Shown: positions 35,686 to 46,191, counted from the first letter of the stretch. The stretch is 64,000 nt of DNA from an uncultured Luminiphilus sp. (GCA_943787485.1 CALSMP010000002.1:5459-69458); one strand, 5' to 3'. Numbers and translations are program-made. Notes: generated by a model from the sequence alone, not told the origin.

Positions 35686-38600
35686 CTAGCTGGCTGCTAG
35701 CTGCGCCGCTTCTTCCACATCCACGGTCACGAGGCGAGACACCCCCGGCTCATGCATGGTGACGCCCATCAACGTGTCAGCCAGTTCCATCGTGATTTTA
35801 TTATGCGTGATAAAGATAAACTGAACCCGCTCCGCCATTTCCCTTACCATGCGTGCGTAGCGCCCGACGTTGGCATCATCCAATGGCGCATCAACCTCAT
35901 CGAGCATGCAAAACGGCGCGGGATTAAGCTGAAAAATAGAAAATACCAGCGCGATGGCGGTCATGGCCTTCTCACCCCCGGAGAGCAGATGAATAGTGCT
36001 ATTCTTTTTACCCGGTGGTCGCGCCATAATGGCCACACCGGTATCCAGAAGATCGTCACCCGTGAGCTCGAGCGACGCCGTCCCGCCTCCAAAAACCTTG
36101 GGAAACAAGTCTCCAAAACCCGCATTGACCTGATCAAAGGTTTCCTGGAAGCGGCTGCGCGTTTCTTTATCAATTTTTCGAATCGCATTTTGTAACGTAG
36201 CCAAAGCCGATTCCAGATCATCGTTTTGAGCATCAAGGTAGGTTTTTCGCTCGCTCGCCTGAGCACATTCGTCGATGGCGGCCAGATTGATGGCACCCAG
36301 CCGCGCGATACGGGCAGCGACCCTTTCCACTTTCACTTGCCACTCGGGCTCTGTAGCCCCCGCGGGCAGGACGTTAACCAAATCAGTCGCCAACGCTTCC
36401 AACTCTTTAAGTTGCGCCTCTAGATTTTCGAGCCGAACCTGCCGTTCCGCCTGACGCAGTCGAAGTCCCTCCAGCTCGGACTGAACGGCCTGCACAGCGT
36501 GCTCGGCAGACACGCGCGCCTTTTCCTGCTCGCGAAGCCCGTGCTCCTTGTCGGCGACCGCTTGCCGCGCCTCGGTCAGGGCCGCTTCGGCAGCAACGCG
36601 TTGCGCAAGGAGAGCCTCCAGCTCAGCTTTGAGCGCACTGTCGGGCTCATGACTGCTTGGGAGCTGCGAAGACAGTGTTTCCTCACGCTCATTGAGCTGT
36701 TTTACCTGACGGATTAATCGCTCAATCGTGTCTTGCACCGCCGCTATTTGGGTACTGAGGCTTTGGCTTCTCACATCACGGCTATGAGCCTCTTCCCGCT
36801 TTGTACGAGCCTCTTCTCTCGCCGACGCCAGACTCTCGCGAAGCGAATCTCGCTGGGCAGAAAGACCTTCTCGCTCTATGCGGTCGCGCTCCATTTGGTC
36901 CAGCGCGGCCTGGAGGGTGTGACGGGATTCGCTAAGCGCTTTTTGCTCGTTCTCAAACTGCATGGATGAGTCTGCAATCTCCTGACGCAACTGATCTTGT
37001 CGCTGCTTGAGCTGCTCAACGGCGGCGATCTGGGTTGCGCGTTCAGCGCGCCCATCTGCCTGGGCTTTGACCGCGGCCTTCATTTGGTTCTGACAGTCCG
37101 CAAGTGCCTTTTCAGTGTCGGCTCGCTGAGACCTCGCTTGCTGAAGCTGACCCTCAATCGCCGCCAGCGTTTCATTTAACGATGAAATTTGCTGTTCTAG
37201 ATCCTCCAATCGCTGACGCCGCTCCAGCAACCCTGTGGCCGCGTCGACAGCCGATGGCGTCCGCGCCCAGCCGCATCCTAGCCACTCGCCCGCCGGAGTG
37301 ATAACGCTCTCACCTCCGGTTAGTGTGGGAACGAGCGCAAGGGCCTCATCGAGGTCTCGGGCGGTTCTCACGCTCTGCAAAACCGCCACTACCGCCTTTG
37401 GCCCGGTCGTTTTTGCCGCCAGCGTGTTCTTCGCGTCTGGCCCGCCCAACGCCTCTGCAATCAGGTAAGTGCCGGGGGGCGCAACAGACAATGAAGCGTG
37501 AATCAGTGCGTCGAGATCTGAGACACAGCGTGCGGTAAGGGCATGCCCTAACACGTGCTCCACCGCGCCGCGCCACTCACTCTCAACATCCAGGTGATCG
37601 AGTAACACCGAGGCGCCTCCCGAGGAGCACTCTTGCATCCAGCTGGCGACCTGAGTTTGCTCATCATCGTGAGTCGCGGCCTGCTGCAACGCCATCAACG
37701 ACGCCTGCTGGCCTTTGAGTTGCTGCAGGCTGGATCGCTGTTCATCCTGTTCGCTTCGGAGCTGTTCAATCGAATTTCGCTGCTGCTTGAGGTCTGCGTT
37801 GAGACCAGCCAACCGGACCTCACCCTCATGGACTTGCGCGTCAGCCTGCTTCAACTGCTGATCAAGGACATCAATCGCGCTGAGATCCTGCTGATCGCTC
37901 AGCGACTCAAGCTCTGACTGATGTTTTGTTCTTCGCTCTTGTAGCCGTCGGAGCACCTGCTCAAGATGGAGTATTCTGCTTTGCTCAACCTCTGCCTTTT
38001 GACTGGCTCCCGAGGCTTCTTGATTGAAGGCATCCCATCGGTTCTGCCAGTCGTTCATTGCCTCCTCGGCATTGCCCATAGCCGAGCCGGCCTGCTCTGC
38101 CGCGACTCGTGTTTGTTCCAGCGATGGCTCAAGCGCCGCCAAGTCGCGGCGCCAACCTGCCAGCCGCTCCTCGTCAGCGCTTAGGTGGCCCCTGGCCTCG
38201 TGCAGGGCACTCCGTGTCGACTCAAGATCCTGTTCTATTGCCTCGCGCTTTTCGCGTTCAAACTTGATGGCTTGCTCTACCCGAGTAACCTCGCCGCCGA
38301 CGGTATAGTAGTTAGCTTGAACCTCGTTGAATCTGTCCGTCGCGTCGGCCGCCTGAACCCGCAGGGTATCGATGCTCGCCTCGATATGCTGCAACGCGGT
38401 TCGCTGAGCTTCGCGCCTGAGATCGAGCTCTCTTTGGACCTGACTGCTACCTTCACTCTCCCGTGAAAGCTCGCGCCATTGCAGCGCCAATAACTCGGCC
38501 TTGAGACTGCGCTCTTCTGTTTTAAATTCAGCGTATTTCTCCGCAGCTTGAGCTTGACGTTGAAGGTGCTGCAGGTTGCGATCCAGCTCCTCACGAAGAT

Positions 38601-39186
38601 CTGTCAACCTCTCGAGGTTCTCCACCGTGCGGCGCATCCGACTTTCGGTCTCTTTGCGCCGCTCTTTATATTTCGATATCCCGGCGGCTTCTTCGATAAA
38701 GACTCGGAGGTCCTCAGGCTTCGATTCAATCAGGCGGGATATCATGCCCTGCTCAATAATGGCGTAGCTGCGAGGCCCCAACCCGGTCCCTAAAAAAAGA
38801 TCAGTGATATCTCGACGCCGACACTTCGTGCCGTTCAGCCAATAATCGGATGTTCCCTCCCGACCGACGACCCGGCGCACCGAGATCTCGTTATAAGCCG
38901 CGTATTCCCCAACAATTTTGCCTTCGCTATTATCGAAGAGGAGCTCGATGGAGGCCTGACCAATTGGCTGGCGCTGGGTAGTACCGTTAAAGATGACGTC
39001 GGTCATCGCCTCACCGCGGAGGTTCTTGGCTGAACTCTCTCCCATCACCCAGCGCACGGCATCAATGATGTTTGACTTGCCGCACCCGTTAGGCCCGACG
39101 ACGGCACTCATATTGCTCGGGAAATTAACGGTTGTTGGGTCAACAAAGGACTTAAACCCGGCCAATTTTATGGTTTTGAGGCGCAT
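35686..39186 (-). CDS. smc: Chromosome segregation protein SMC
   Basis: GFKSF, GPNGCGKSN, long coiled coils, LSGGE and LDEVDAPLD; 1166 aa. Confidence 0.97.
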   Translation of the reverse strand: MRLKTIKLAGFKSFVDPTTVNFPSNMSAVVGPNGCGKSNIIDAVRWVMGESSAKNLRGEAMTDVIFNGTTQRQPIGQASIELLFDNSEGKIVGEYAAYNEISVRRVVGREGTSDYWLNGTKCRRRDITDLFLGTGLGPRSYAIIEQGMISRLIESKPEDLRVFIEEAAGISKYKERRKETESRMRRTVENLERLTDLREELDRNLQHLQRQAQAAEKYAEFKTEERSLKAELLALQWRELSRESEGSSQVQRELDLRREAQRTALQHIEASIDTLRVQAADATDRFNEVQANYYTVGGEVTRVEQAIKFEREKREAIEQDLESTRSALHEARGHLSADEERLAGWRRDLAALEPSLEQTRVAAEQAGSAMGNAEEAMNDWQNRWDAFNQEASGASQKAEVEQSRILHLEQVLRRLQERRTKHQSELESLSDQQDLSAIDVLDQQLKQADAQVHEGEVRLAGLNADLKQQRNSIEQLRSEQDEQRSSLQQLKGQQASLMALQQAATHDDEQTQVASWMQECSSGGASVLLDHLDVESEWRGAVEHVLGHALTARCVSDLDALIHASLSVAPPGTYLIAEALGGPDAKNTLAAKTTGPKAVVAVLQSVRTARDLDEALALVPTLTGGESVITPAGEWLGCGWARTPSAVDAATGLLERRQRLEDLEQQISSLNETLAAIEGQLQQARSQRADTEKALADCQNQMKAAVKAQADGRAERATQIAAVEQLKQRQDQLRQEIADSSMQFENEQKALSESRHTLQAALDQMERDRIEREGLSAQRDSLRESLASAREEARTKREEAHSRDVRSQSLSTQIAAVQDTIERLIRQVKQLNEREETLSSQLPSSHEPDSALKAELEALLAQRVAAEAALTEARQAVADKEHGLREQEKARVSAEHAVQAVQSELEGLRLRQAERQVRLENLEAQLKELEALATDLVNVLPAGATEPEWQVKVERVAARIARLGAINLAAIDECAQASERKTYLDAQNDDLESALATLQNAIRKIDKETRSRFQETFDQVNAGFGDLFPKVFGGGTASLELTGDDLLDTGVAIMARPPGKKNSTIHLLSGGEKAMTAIALVFSIFQLNPAPFCMLDEVDAPLDDANVGRYARMVREMAERVQFIFITHNKITMELADTLMGVTMHEPGVSRLVTVDVEEAAQLAAS

Positions 39187-39225
39187 CGATTATCTCATTG
39201 AGGGGGCAGTGAAAGCCCCAAAAAA

Positions 39226-39275
39226 ACACAACATGTAGTGTATAGGAAGGGGGCCAGCAACACTATATGTTGGTA
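39226..39275. promoter_or_regulatory. Tandem NrdR-box-like operators upstream of smc
   Basis: ACACAACATGTAGTGT (39226-39241) and ACACTATATGTTGGTA (39260-39275) versus the consensus acaCwAtATaTwGtgt. Confidence 0.7.
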
Positions 39276-39287
39276 GCAGGAATTCTT

Positions 39288-40490
39288 CTATTCTGCTGCT
39301 TTTAGGGTCAGGACGACCTCGGCACCGGGGGCTAGAATCACCCCTTTTTGCGCAGCCACCCAAGACGCATTCTGTCTTCCCGGCTGCCCAGTTGGCGACA
39401 GCTGGACCTCGATATCGACTGCCGACAAGGTCGACAGCGTCTGTCCCGCCATGGAGTTACTGTCATCGAGGGTAACACTCAAGGGCAACTCCTTGGCCCC
39501 ACGCCTTGCTACCGCTGTCGGCATGCGTTGCTCAGATCCTGCGGGTCTGGCCACAACGAACACCACACCCTCAGTCTCAGTAACCTCCTCAGGCAGCGAA
39601 ACGCTGACGGTGATGGCCCCCAAGCCGGCATTGTTATCCAGTGCCGGTGGCTCCCCCACTTCAAGATTTCCCTGAGTCCGTGCCTCGGCAATCAGCGTTG
39701 CCAACATCTGTGAGCCCTCCGAGCCCGGTGGTTCCAGTGCTAACAAGCGTTCCCAAAAGCCAACAGCCTCCGAATAATCACCCGCCTCAAAAGCGGCCAT
39801 GCCCAGGGTCCCGAGTGCTGTACGCTGGCCGGGGTCCGCAGCAAGTGCCGCTTTAGCCCGCAGCCGCGCCCGGGTTGAGAGGCTTCTATCACCTCCCAAA
39901 TACTCCGCCTGCGCCGCCCGGGCGAGGACCTCAGGGCTCTCGGGAAAAAGTGCCAACAGCTGTTCGTAGCTTGCCAGCGCCTGATCATGTGCGCCTTGCG
40001 CGGTGTAATAATCCCCGAGAATGGAGTGGTAGTCCGCGTTAGCGGGCCGAGCTTTGGAACGTTTTACGATCGACTCAACGAGCGCCTCAACGCTGTCGCG
40101 GGAGGACGGATCCAGTGCGCCCAGCTCTTCGGTGATCACGACATCCTCATAGCTGCCGAGGAAATAATAGAGAACGGGCGGCAACGTTAGCATCACGACA
40201 ACCAAAAATAGCCCGACCGGCCAGGCTATTCTGGAGGGAGCTGCCGGCCCCTCTGCGTCCCTCGCCTGCCCTTCCTGAAGCTCATCGAAAACACGTAATT
40301 CGGCATCTGAACGAAGCGAGGAGACACCCTGTTCCAACAACGGCTCCTCTCGGGACAACTCGGCGTCGCGCAGGGCAAGCCAATCCAGCGTTGTTTCACC
40401 CGCTTGTCGGCCAGCCCATAACTTGGGCAACAAAAACACACCGATCACGGCGACAACCAATAACCCTATCGCCCCTGTGAAAAAAGTCAC
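39288..40490 (-). CDS. ccmI: Cytochrome c biogenesis protein CcmI (TPR)
   Basis: Two TMs, LYYFLGS, TPR region and C-terminal LP..VTLDDSNSM; last gene of the ccm run. Confidence 0.85.
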   Translation of the reverse strand: MTFFTGAIGLLVVAVIGVFLLPKLWAGRQAGETTLDWLALRDAELSREEPLLEQGVSSLRSDAELRVFDELQEGQARDAEGPAAPSRIAWPVGLFLVVVMLTLPPVLYYFLGSYEDVVITEELGALDPSSRDSVEALVESIVKRSKARPANADYHSILGDYYTAQGAHDQALASYEQLLALFPESPEVLARAAQAEYLGGDRSLSTRARLRAKAALAADPGQRTALGTLGMAAFEAGDYSEAVGFWERLLALEPPGSEGSQMLATLIAEARTQGNLEVGEPPALDNNAGLGAITVSVSLPEEVTETEGVVFVVARPAGSEQRMPTAVARRGAKELPLSVTLDDSNSMAGQTLSTLSAVDIEVQLSPTGQPGRQNASWVAAQKGVILAPGAEVVLTLKAAE

Positions 40491-40960
40491 GGCTTTCGAC
40501 CTCGGCTCAGTTCGTCGAGGGCCTCACGCATCCCTGCCAATTGTGCCTCTGTGGGGGCGTCGCTGACCGTCGCTCCACGGCGACGATATAAATGCAAACC
40601 GAGCATCAACAGTCCCAGACCGACGGCGCCAACGGGGAAATACCAAAGCACCGCTGTTTGGGAATTAACGTCAGGGCGATACCGCACAAACTCACCGTAT
40701 CTTTCCACCATAAAGGCAAGAATTTCATCATCCGACGCGCCCGCCTCGAGCTGCCGATGGAGAAGTGCCCGCAGGTCGCGGGCAATCGGAGCATTAGAGT
40801 CAGCGATATTTTGGTTCTGGCACTTCGGGCAGCGAAGCTCCTGACTCAATTGGTAATACCGTGCCTCGAGGAACTCAGAACTAAACTCATAGGTCTCAAT
40901 GACCGCCAGCGCATGTGAGCACAACAGCGCTAAGAGAATCGCCACGGCTAATCGGCTCAT
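40487..40960 (-). CDS. ccmH: Cytochrome c biogenesis protein CcmH
   Basis: LRCPKCQNQNIADSNA and RYGEFV.Y.P motifs. Confidence 0.95.
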   Translation of the reverse strand: MSRLAVAILLALLCSHALAVIETYEFSSEFLEARYYQLSQELRCPKCQNQNIADSNAPIARDLRALLHRQLEAGASDDEILAFMVERYGEFVRYRPDVNSQTAVLWYFPVGAVGLGLLMLGLHLYRRRGATVSDAPTEAQLAGMREALDELSRGRKP

Positions 40961-40963
40961 CCA

Positions 40964-41485
40964 CTACTCCTCTGCTGAAAACCAGTCTGCGAGATGCGCT
41001 TCCCAGACCCCTTGGTCAACAACACCCACATGTCGATATCGGATGTTACCTGCACCGTCGACAACGTAGGTTTCTGGCGCACCATAGACACCCAAATCTA
41101 GCCCCAGCACTCCCTCGGTATCGGAGATGTTGTGTTGGTAGGGATCACCCAACTCGGCCAGCCACTGGCGGGCCTTGGTAGGTTCGTCTTTGTAATTGAG
41201 TCCAATGATGGGAATGCCACGCTCAGCCAGCTCAACCAGAAAGGGGTGCTCTACACGACAGGAGTAGCACCAGGTCGCCCAAACATTTACTAGCGCCGGA
41301 CCCACGATAAGATCGTCGCGACGCGTGGGGACATCCGATGCCAGAGTGGGCAGCGCAAAATCAGGGAATTGTTTATCAACCAGTGCCGAGGGAAGCGCCG
41401 TCGGATCAAGGGAAAGACCGCGGTAGAGGAAAACCGCAAGAAGACCAAAGGCGATTAACGGTAGGAAAAGTCTAAACCGACCCAT
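40964..41485 (-). CDS. ccmG: Thiol:disulfide interchange protein CcmG/DsbE
   Basis: NVWATWCYSC and GVYGAPET motifs. Confidence 0.95.
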   Translation of the reverse strand: MGRFRLFLPLIAFGLLAVFLYRGLSLDPTALPSALVDKQFPDFALPTLASDVPTRRDDLIVGPALVNVWATWCYSCRVEHPFLVELAERGIPIIGLNYKDEPTKARQWLAELGDPYQHNISDTEGVLGLDLGVYGAPETYVVDGAGNIRYRHVGVVDQGVWEAHLADWFSAEE

Positions 41486-43475
41486 ACCCCACCATCGTTC
41501 CCGCCTGTTTAGCAGAACGGCTATCTACCTCGCGACTGGACACGCGCGCCCGATAACGCCGATCAAACACCGTCGTGAAGGCGCCCAGGCCAATGAGCAA
41601 AGCGCCCAGCCAAATCCATCGGATGAGCGGTTTGTACTGGAGCCGTATTGCCCAGGCTTGCTCTCCGATAGGTTCGCCCATTGCCACAAAAAGGTCGCGG
41701 AAAAAGCCGGCGTCAATGGCCGCCTCGGTCATGAGTTGACCGCTCGCCGTGTAGCGCCGCTTTTGTGGGGTGAGTTCACCAATTTTTTTATCGCCCTGCC
41801 AGACGGCGAATCGCGCTTGGTCTGCGCTGAAGTTTGGACCAAGCACACGGTCAATACCGAGCAATTCAAAACGATAACCAGCAACGATCTGGCTCTCCCC
41901 GGGCACCATTCGGAGATCCCGCTCCACGCTCATCTGGCTGACCACCGTCGCGCCAACAAGCACCATGGCAAAACCAAAATGGGCCAGCCACATCCCACAA
42001 TAGCTCGGCGTCAACCGCCGCATTATTCCCGCAATCCCCTTGGCGCCGCGAATTCGCTGAAGCACATCTTTGATCAACCCCAAGGCCAACCAGCCCGCGA
42101 GGAGGACTGCCAGCGCTATCCAGAGATTGAACTCACCAAAGGCCCAGGGCGCTAGTGCGGACACCAGCACCACGACAATGGCTGACCGGCCCAACTCGCG
42201 CCACCAGCGCGCGGAACTATCCTCCTTCCATCGCGATAACGGGCCAAGACCCATAAGCGGCACCAACAGCGCCATCAATGGCACAAACACGGCATTGAAA
42301 TAGGGCGGCCCGACGGAATATTTACCCTGACCGAGCGCATCCATCACCAACGGAAATAGCGTGCCGAGTAAGACGGTAAGTGCGCTGACACAGAAAACCA
42401 GATTATTGAAAAGCAATAACGCCTCGCGGGAAATGCCTTTGTATTGCACGCGACTGGAAACAGTGGGCGCGCGCAGTGCGTACAAAGTTAACGAACCGCC
42501 GATTACCAACCCGAGAAAGATAAGAATAAAGAGTCCTCGATCTGGGTCGGCCGCAAACGCGTGCACCGAGGTGAGCACACCAGAGCGCACGAGAAAAGTC
42601 CCTAGCAAAGAAAGGGAAAAGGCGGCGATGGCCATCAATACGGTCCAGGATCGAAATAGACCACGCTTCTCTGTCACGGCCAAGGAATGAACCAGAGCGG
42701 TGCCGACCAGCCAGGGCATAAAAGAGGCGTTTTCCACTGGATCCCAGAACCACCAGCCGCCCCAGCCTAGCTCGTAGTAAGCCCACCAACTCCCCAGCAT
42801 AATACCCAGCGTGAGGAATCCCCATGCCACATTCGTCCACGGCCTTGACCAACGCGCCCAAGAGGCATCGAGGCGACCACCCAACAAGGCGGCGAGGGCA
42901 AAAGCAAACGGCACAGAGAAACCCACGTAGCCCATGTAGAGCAGCGGAGGATGAATAATCAACCCCGGATCCTGAAGCAAGGGATTAAGATCGCTACCCT
43001 CCCCCGGCGTTCCCGGTAACAATCGCTCGAACGGATTCGATGTAAAAAGCGCGAAGGCGGTGAAACCGACCGCCACCAAGCCCATGATGCTGAGCACGCG
43101 CGTCAGCACCTCGAGGGGCAATCCACGGCTAAATCTGGCAACCGCGACCATCCACCCAGAGAGGATCAGAACCCAAAGCAGCAGCGAACCCTCATGGTTA
43201 CCCCAGACGGCGGAGAACTTATAAATAGTGGGCAGCAAACTGTTGGAGTTTGAGGCTACGACCTTGAGCGAAAAATCGTCCTGCAGGAACGAGACCGCTA
43301 ACAGGCCAAAGGCAACCAAGAGAAAAACAAAGACCCCGACCGCGAGAGACGGAGCCAGCAACATCACCGACGTTTGATTGCGCCACGCACCCCACAGCGG
43401 CACGACCGCCAGTAACAGCGCCAAAACAAAAGCGATGATGAGAGAAAAGTGACCGACTTCAGCTAGCACCGGCAT
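41472..43475 (-). CDS. ccmF: Heme lyase CcmF
   Basis: WAYYELGWGGWWFWDPVENAS and SVHAFA motifs. Confidence 0.97.
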   Translation of the reverse strand: MPVLAEVGHFSLIIAFVLALLLAVVPLWGAWRNQTSVMLLAPSLAVGVFVFLLVAFGLLAVSFLQDDFSLKVVASNSNSLLPTIYKFSAVWGNHEGSLLLWVLILSGWMVAVARFSRGLPLEVLTRVLSIMGLVAVGFTAFALFTSNPFERLLPGTPGEGSDLNPLLQDPGLIIHPPLLYMGYVGFSVPFAFALAALLGGRLDASWARWSRPWTNVAWGFLTLGIMLGSWWAYYELGWGGWWFWDPVENASFMPWLVGTALVHSLAVTEKRGLFRSWTVLMAIAAFSLSLLGTFLVRSGVLTSVHAFAADPDRGLFILIFLGLVIGGSLTLYALRAPTVSSRVQYKGISREALLLFNNLVFCVSALTVLLGTLFPLVMDALGQGKYSVGPPYFNAVFVPLMALLVPLMGLGPLSRWKEDSSARWWRELGRSAIVVVLVSALAPWAFGEFNLWIALAVLLAGWLALGLIKDVLQRIRGAKGIAGIMRRLTPSYCGMWLAHFGFAMVLVGATVVSQMSVERDLRMVPGESQIVAGYRFELLGIDRVLGPNFSADQARFAVWQGDKKIGELTPQKRRYTASGQLMTEAAIDAGFFRDLFVAMGEPIGEQAWAIRLQYKPLIRWIWLGALLIGLGAFTTVFDRRYRARVSSREVDSRSAKQAGTMVGYGSV

Positions 43476-43932
43476 CCTCCCGTATCATTGACGTGTCGTA
43501 GCCTGAAGTCCGCTGGGCTTCGAGGGCCTCCGCTACCTCAGGCGGCATGTAGTTTTCGTCGTGTTTAGCCAATATCTCTGAGGCGAGCAGGCTCCCATCC
43601 GACTGCAACGTCCCCGAGGCAACGACACCCTCCCCCTCGGCGAATAAGTCCGGCAGGATCCCTGTATAGCTCACCGTGACCACACCGCTATAATCCGTGA
43701 CCTGAAAAGTCGTTGTTAAGTCGGTGGAGGAACGTTGAATGCTGCCTTCCACTACCATCCCACCAACGCGGATAGCGCGGTCGACTGGCGCTAGGCCCGC
43801 GACCACATCCGCCGGCGGATAGAACAGATTGATGTTGCCACGAAGTGCATAGGCCACGAGCCCAATGGCGGTGCTGGACAGCACCACAATCGCCAAGGCG
43901 AGGGTCAGTCGCTGTTTACGCTTGGGATGCAT
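43459..43932 (-). CDS. ccmE: Heme chaperone CcmE
   Basis: MHPKRKQRL start at ATG 43932, LPDLFAEG and LAKHDENY motifs. Confidence 0.95.
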   Translation of the reverse strand: MHPKRKQRLTLALAIVVLSSTAIGLVAYALRGNINLFYPPADVVAGLAPVDRAIRVGGMVVEGSIQRSSTDLTTTFQVTDYSGVVTVSYTGILPDLFAEGEGVVASGTLQSDGSLLASEILAKHDENYMPPEVAEALEAQRTSGYDTSMIREDAGAS

Positions 43933-44137
43933 TATCGCCCCCTTTTGTTGGGTCTTGATCGGCATCACTTGTCCCGCCCGAGGGCGCCCGCACAAGAAGC
44001 TGCTGCGCCCGACGCGCGCGCCGGTGAGGCAAGATAATGAGCGAGGCAACTACCGCCAACGTTATCGCATAGGCACTCCAGACGTAGGGCCCGTGCCCGG
44101 CCATATCCCATGCGGCAGTGAGAGAGTCAAAGTACAT
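43916..44137 (-). CDS. ccmD: Heme exporter protein CcmD
   Basis: MAGHGPYVWSAY plus one TM; lies between ccmC and ccmE. Confidence 0.9.
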   Translation of the reverse strand: MYFDSLTAAWDMAGHGPYVWSAYAITLAVVASLIILPHRRARRAQQLLVRAPSGGTSDADQDPTKGGDNASQA

Positions 44138-44868
44138 CAGTCAACAGCTTCTCTGAGCCAAGCGGCATTGGTGTGGGTTTCAAGCAACGTTGCCCGCATA
44201 TTCATCATGACCACGACGGCAAAGAGCAGGTAAAACGCGCCGATATTTACCAGTAAGGGGTAGAGCATAGAAGCATCAATGGCACTCTCACCCGTGAACT
44301 TAATCGATGCAGGCTGATGTAGGCTGTACCACCAATCCACCGATTTGTAGATGATGGGTATATTCACTGTGCCCACCAACGACAGCACCGCACAGGCTTT
44401 GGCCGCCACCTCGGGGTTCTCATAAGCCTCAAATAAGGCCACTACGCCCACGTACAGGAAAAGCAAAATCAACATAGAGGTGATGCGCGCGTCCCACACC
44501 CACCAGGCCCCCCAGGTGGGCTTACCCCAAATCGCCCCGGTCACCAGAGCCACGAAGGTCAGCGCGGCACCCACCGGAGCCACCGCGCGCATGGCAACGT
44601 CCGCCATTTTAATTTTCCAGACCAGCGACACCAATCCCGCAAAGGCCATAACGTAGTACCCCGCAAGAGCGACGACCGCAGCAGGCACGTGAATGAAAAT
44701 AATCCGATAGCTATTTCCCTGTCGGAAATCAGGGGGTGCATAAAGCAGCCCCCATACGCAGCCCACTGCGAGGGCAATAAGCATCAGCGGCAACAGCCAT
44801 TGGACCGCCTTGGTCGCGAAACGAAAGAACCACGGTGGCGATCCAAACTTATGTATGATTTTCCACAT
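44137..44868 (-). CDS. ccmC: Heme exporter protein CcmC
   Basis: IFIHVP, WGKPTWGAWWVWDAR and SLHQ motifs. Confidence 0.96.
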   Translation of the reverse strand: MWKIIHKFGSPPWFFRFATKAVQWLLPLMLIALAVGCVWGLLYAPPDFRQGNSYRIIFIHVPAAVVALAGYYVMAFAGLVSLVWKIKMADVAMRAVAPVGAALTFVALVTGAIWGKPTWGAWWVWDARITSMLILLFLYVGVVALFEAYENPEVAAKACAVLSLVGTVNIPIIYKSVDWWYSLHQPASIKFTGESAIDASMLYPLLVNIGAFYLLFAVVVMMNMRATLLETHTNAAWLREAVD

Positions 44869-44909
44869 AGCGGGCAGTATATCCGGTGTCGCGTAAGAAA
44901 AAATGATGG

Positions 44910-45593
44910 CTATTGCTCTAGGGAGATTCTAAGACCCGCCCCGATAGCTAGGGGGGCGAGCAACAACCCCATGGCGGCAAACGCGCCCATCAGCGCAATC
45001 CAGCGGCTGGGATCATAACCAATTGCGGCCTCGCCAACCGCACTCGTTCCAAAAATCAGCACTGGGACGGTTAACGGAATCATCACCAAGGACAGCAACA
45101 GGGCGCCCCGACGGACCCCCACTGTCAGCGCTGCGCCAATGCCCCCGAGTAGCGACAGGCATAGCGTCCCGAGCACTAATGAAAGCATTAGCGTGGGGAT
45201 CGCCGCCGGCACCATATTGAGCATGAGCGCAAACACCGGGGCGGCTACAACCAAGGTCAAGCCGCTCAAAACCCAGTGAGCTAAAACCTCCGCCATGGCA
45301 CAAAGTCCAAGCGGATGGCCAGAAACGGCTAGCTGCTCAAGGCTACCATCCTCAAAATCGGCGCTGAAAAGACGGCCGCTGACGCTGAGCGCGGAAAGTA
45401 AGGCCACCACCCAGAAAATGCCGGGCGACAACTCTCGCAGCGTGTTGCTGTCGGGACCAATACCCAGGGGGAAGAGAGTCACCACCATCAGAAAAAAAAC
45501 AAGCGAATTGAATACTTCTTCGACGCGACGAACGCCACAGCGCAAATGGCGAACAAAAAGTTGCCGACAAAATCCCAGGCTATCGGGCCGCAT
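44910..45593 (-). CDS. ccmB: Heme exporter protein CcmB
   Basis: TLFPLGIGP, DFEDGSLEQ and PL.VPVLIFG motifs. Confidence 0.95.
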   Translation of the reverse strand: MRPDSLGFCRQLFVRHLRCGVRRVEEVFNSLVFFLMVVTLFPLGIGPDSNTLRELSPGIFWVVALLSALSVSGRLFSADFEDGSLEQLAVSGHPLGLCAMAEVLAHWVLSGLTLVVAAPVFALMLNMVPAAIPTLMLSLVLGTLCLSLLGGIGAALTVGVRRGALLLSLVMIPLTVPVLIFGTSAVGEAAIGYDPSRWIALMGAFAAMGLLLAPLAIGAGLRISLEQ

Positions 45594-46191
45594 AATCTGC
45601 CAGTTCCAGCTGGTTCAAGTTAGCGCCAAACTTGCCGTCCTGATGACTGGTGAAAACCACCGCACCGCCGCGCTCGCAGTGACTACGAAGCTTGTCTTCA
45701 AGAAGCGTAGTTCCCTGTCGATCAATGGCGGTAAAAGGCTCGTCGAGGAGCCAGAGTGAGCTTCTGCTCAACCACAGCCTTGCCAGACCGACCCGCCGCT
45801 GCTGACCCGCCGACAAGCGCATGACCGGCGTATCCAGACATCTCAACAGCCCCACAGCAGCCAAGGCCTCACGCACCCGGTCGGATTCAACCTCAATCAG
45901 ACCCCCTGGATGGCTCTGCAAATTCTCTAACGGGGTCAGCAGTCCCTTTATGCCCGGGGCGTGGCCCTGAAACAGGAGCGTTTCCGGTCGATCGATGGTG
46001 CCGCTCACGCCCACGCGAATTAGCCCCGCGATAGCGCGCAGTAGACTTGTCTTTCCGGAACCATTTGGGCCTGTCAGTTGCCAGAGCTCACCAGGCTTGA
46101 TATCAAGGTTGATACCCGCAAGCAGGGCTCGGTAACCCCGGGTCACGGCCACCTCTCGCAGGCTGAGTAGCGGCGTCTCCACTCCGGTCAA
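45580..46191 (-). CDS. ccmA: Heme ABC exporter ATPase CcmA
   Basis: [24 protein letters not shown] and [11 protein letters not shown] motifs. Confidence 0.93.
   Translation of the reverse strand: MTGVETPLLSLREVAVTRGYRALLAGINLDIKPGELWQLTGPNGSGKTSLLRAIAGLIRVGVSGTIDRPETLLFQGHAPGIKGLLTPLENLQSHPGGLIEVESDRVREALAAVGLLRCLDTPVMRLSAGQQRRVGLARLWLSRSSLWLLDEPFTAIDRQGTTLLEDKLRSHCERGGAVVFTSHQDGKFGANLNQLELADYAAR

Noticed and set aside
35686-39186. Repetitive-looking sequence and many antisense ORFs within smc
   Set aside because: Explained by coiled-coil Glu/Gln/Ala/Leu codon bias.
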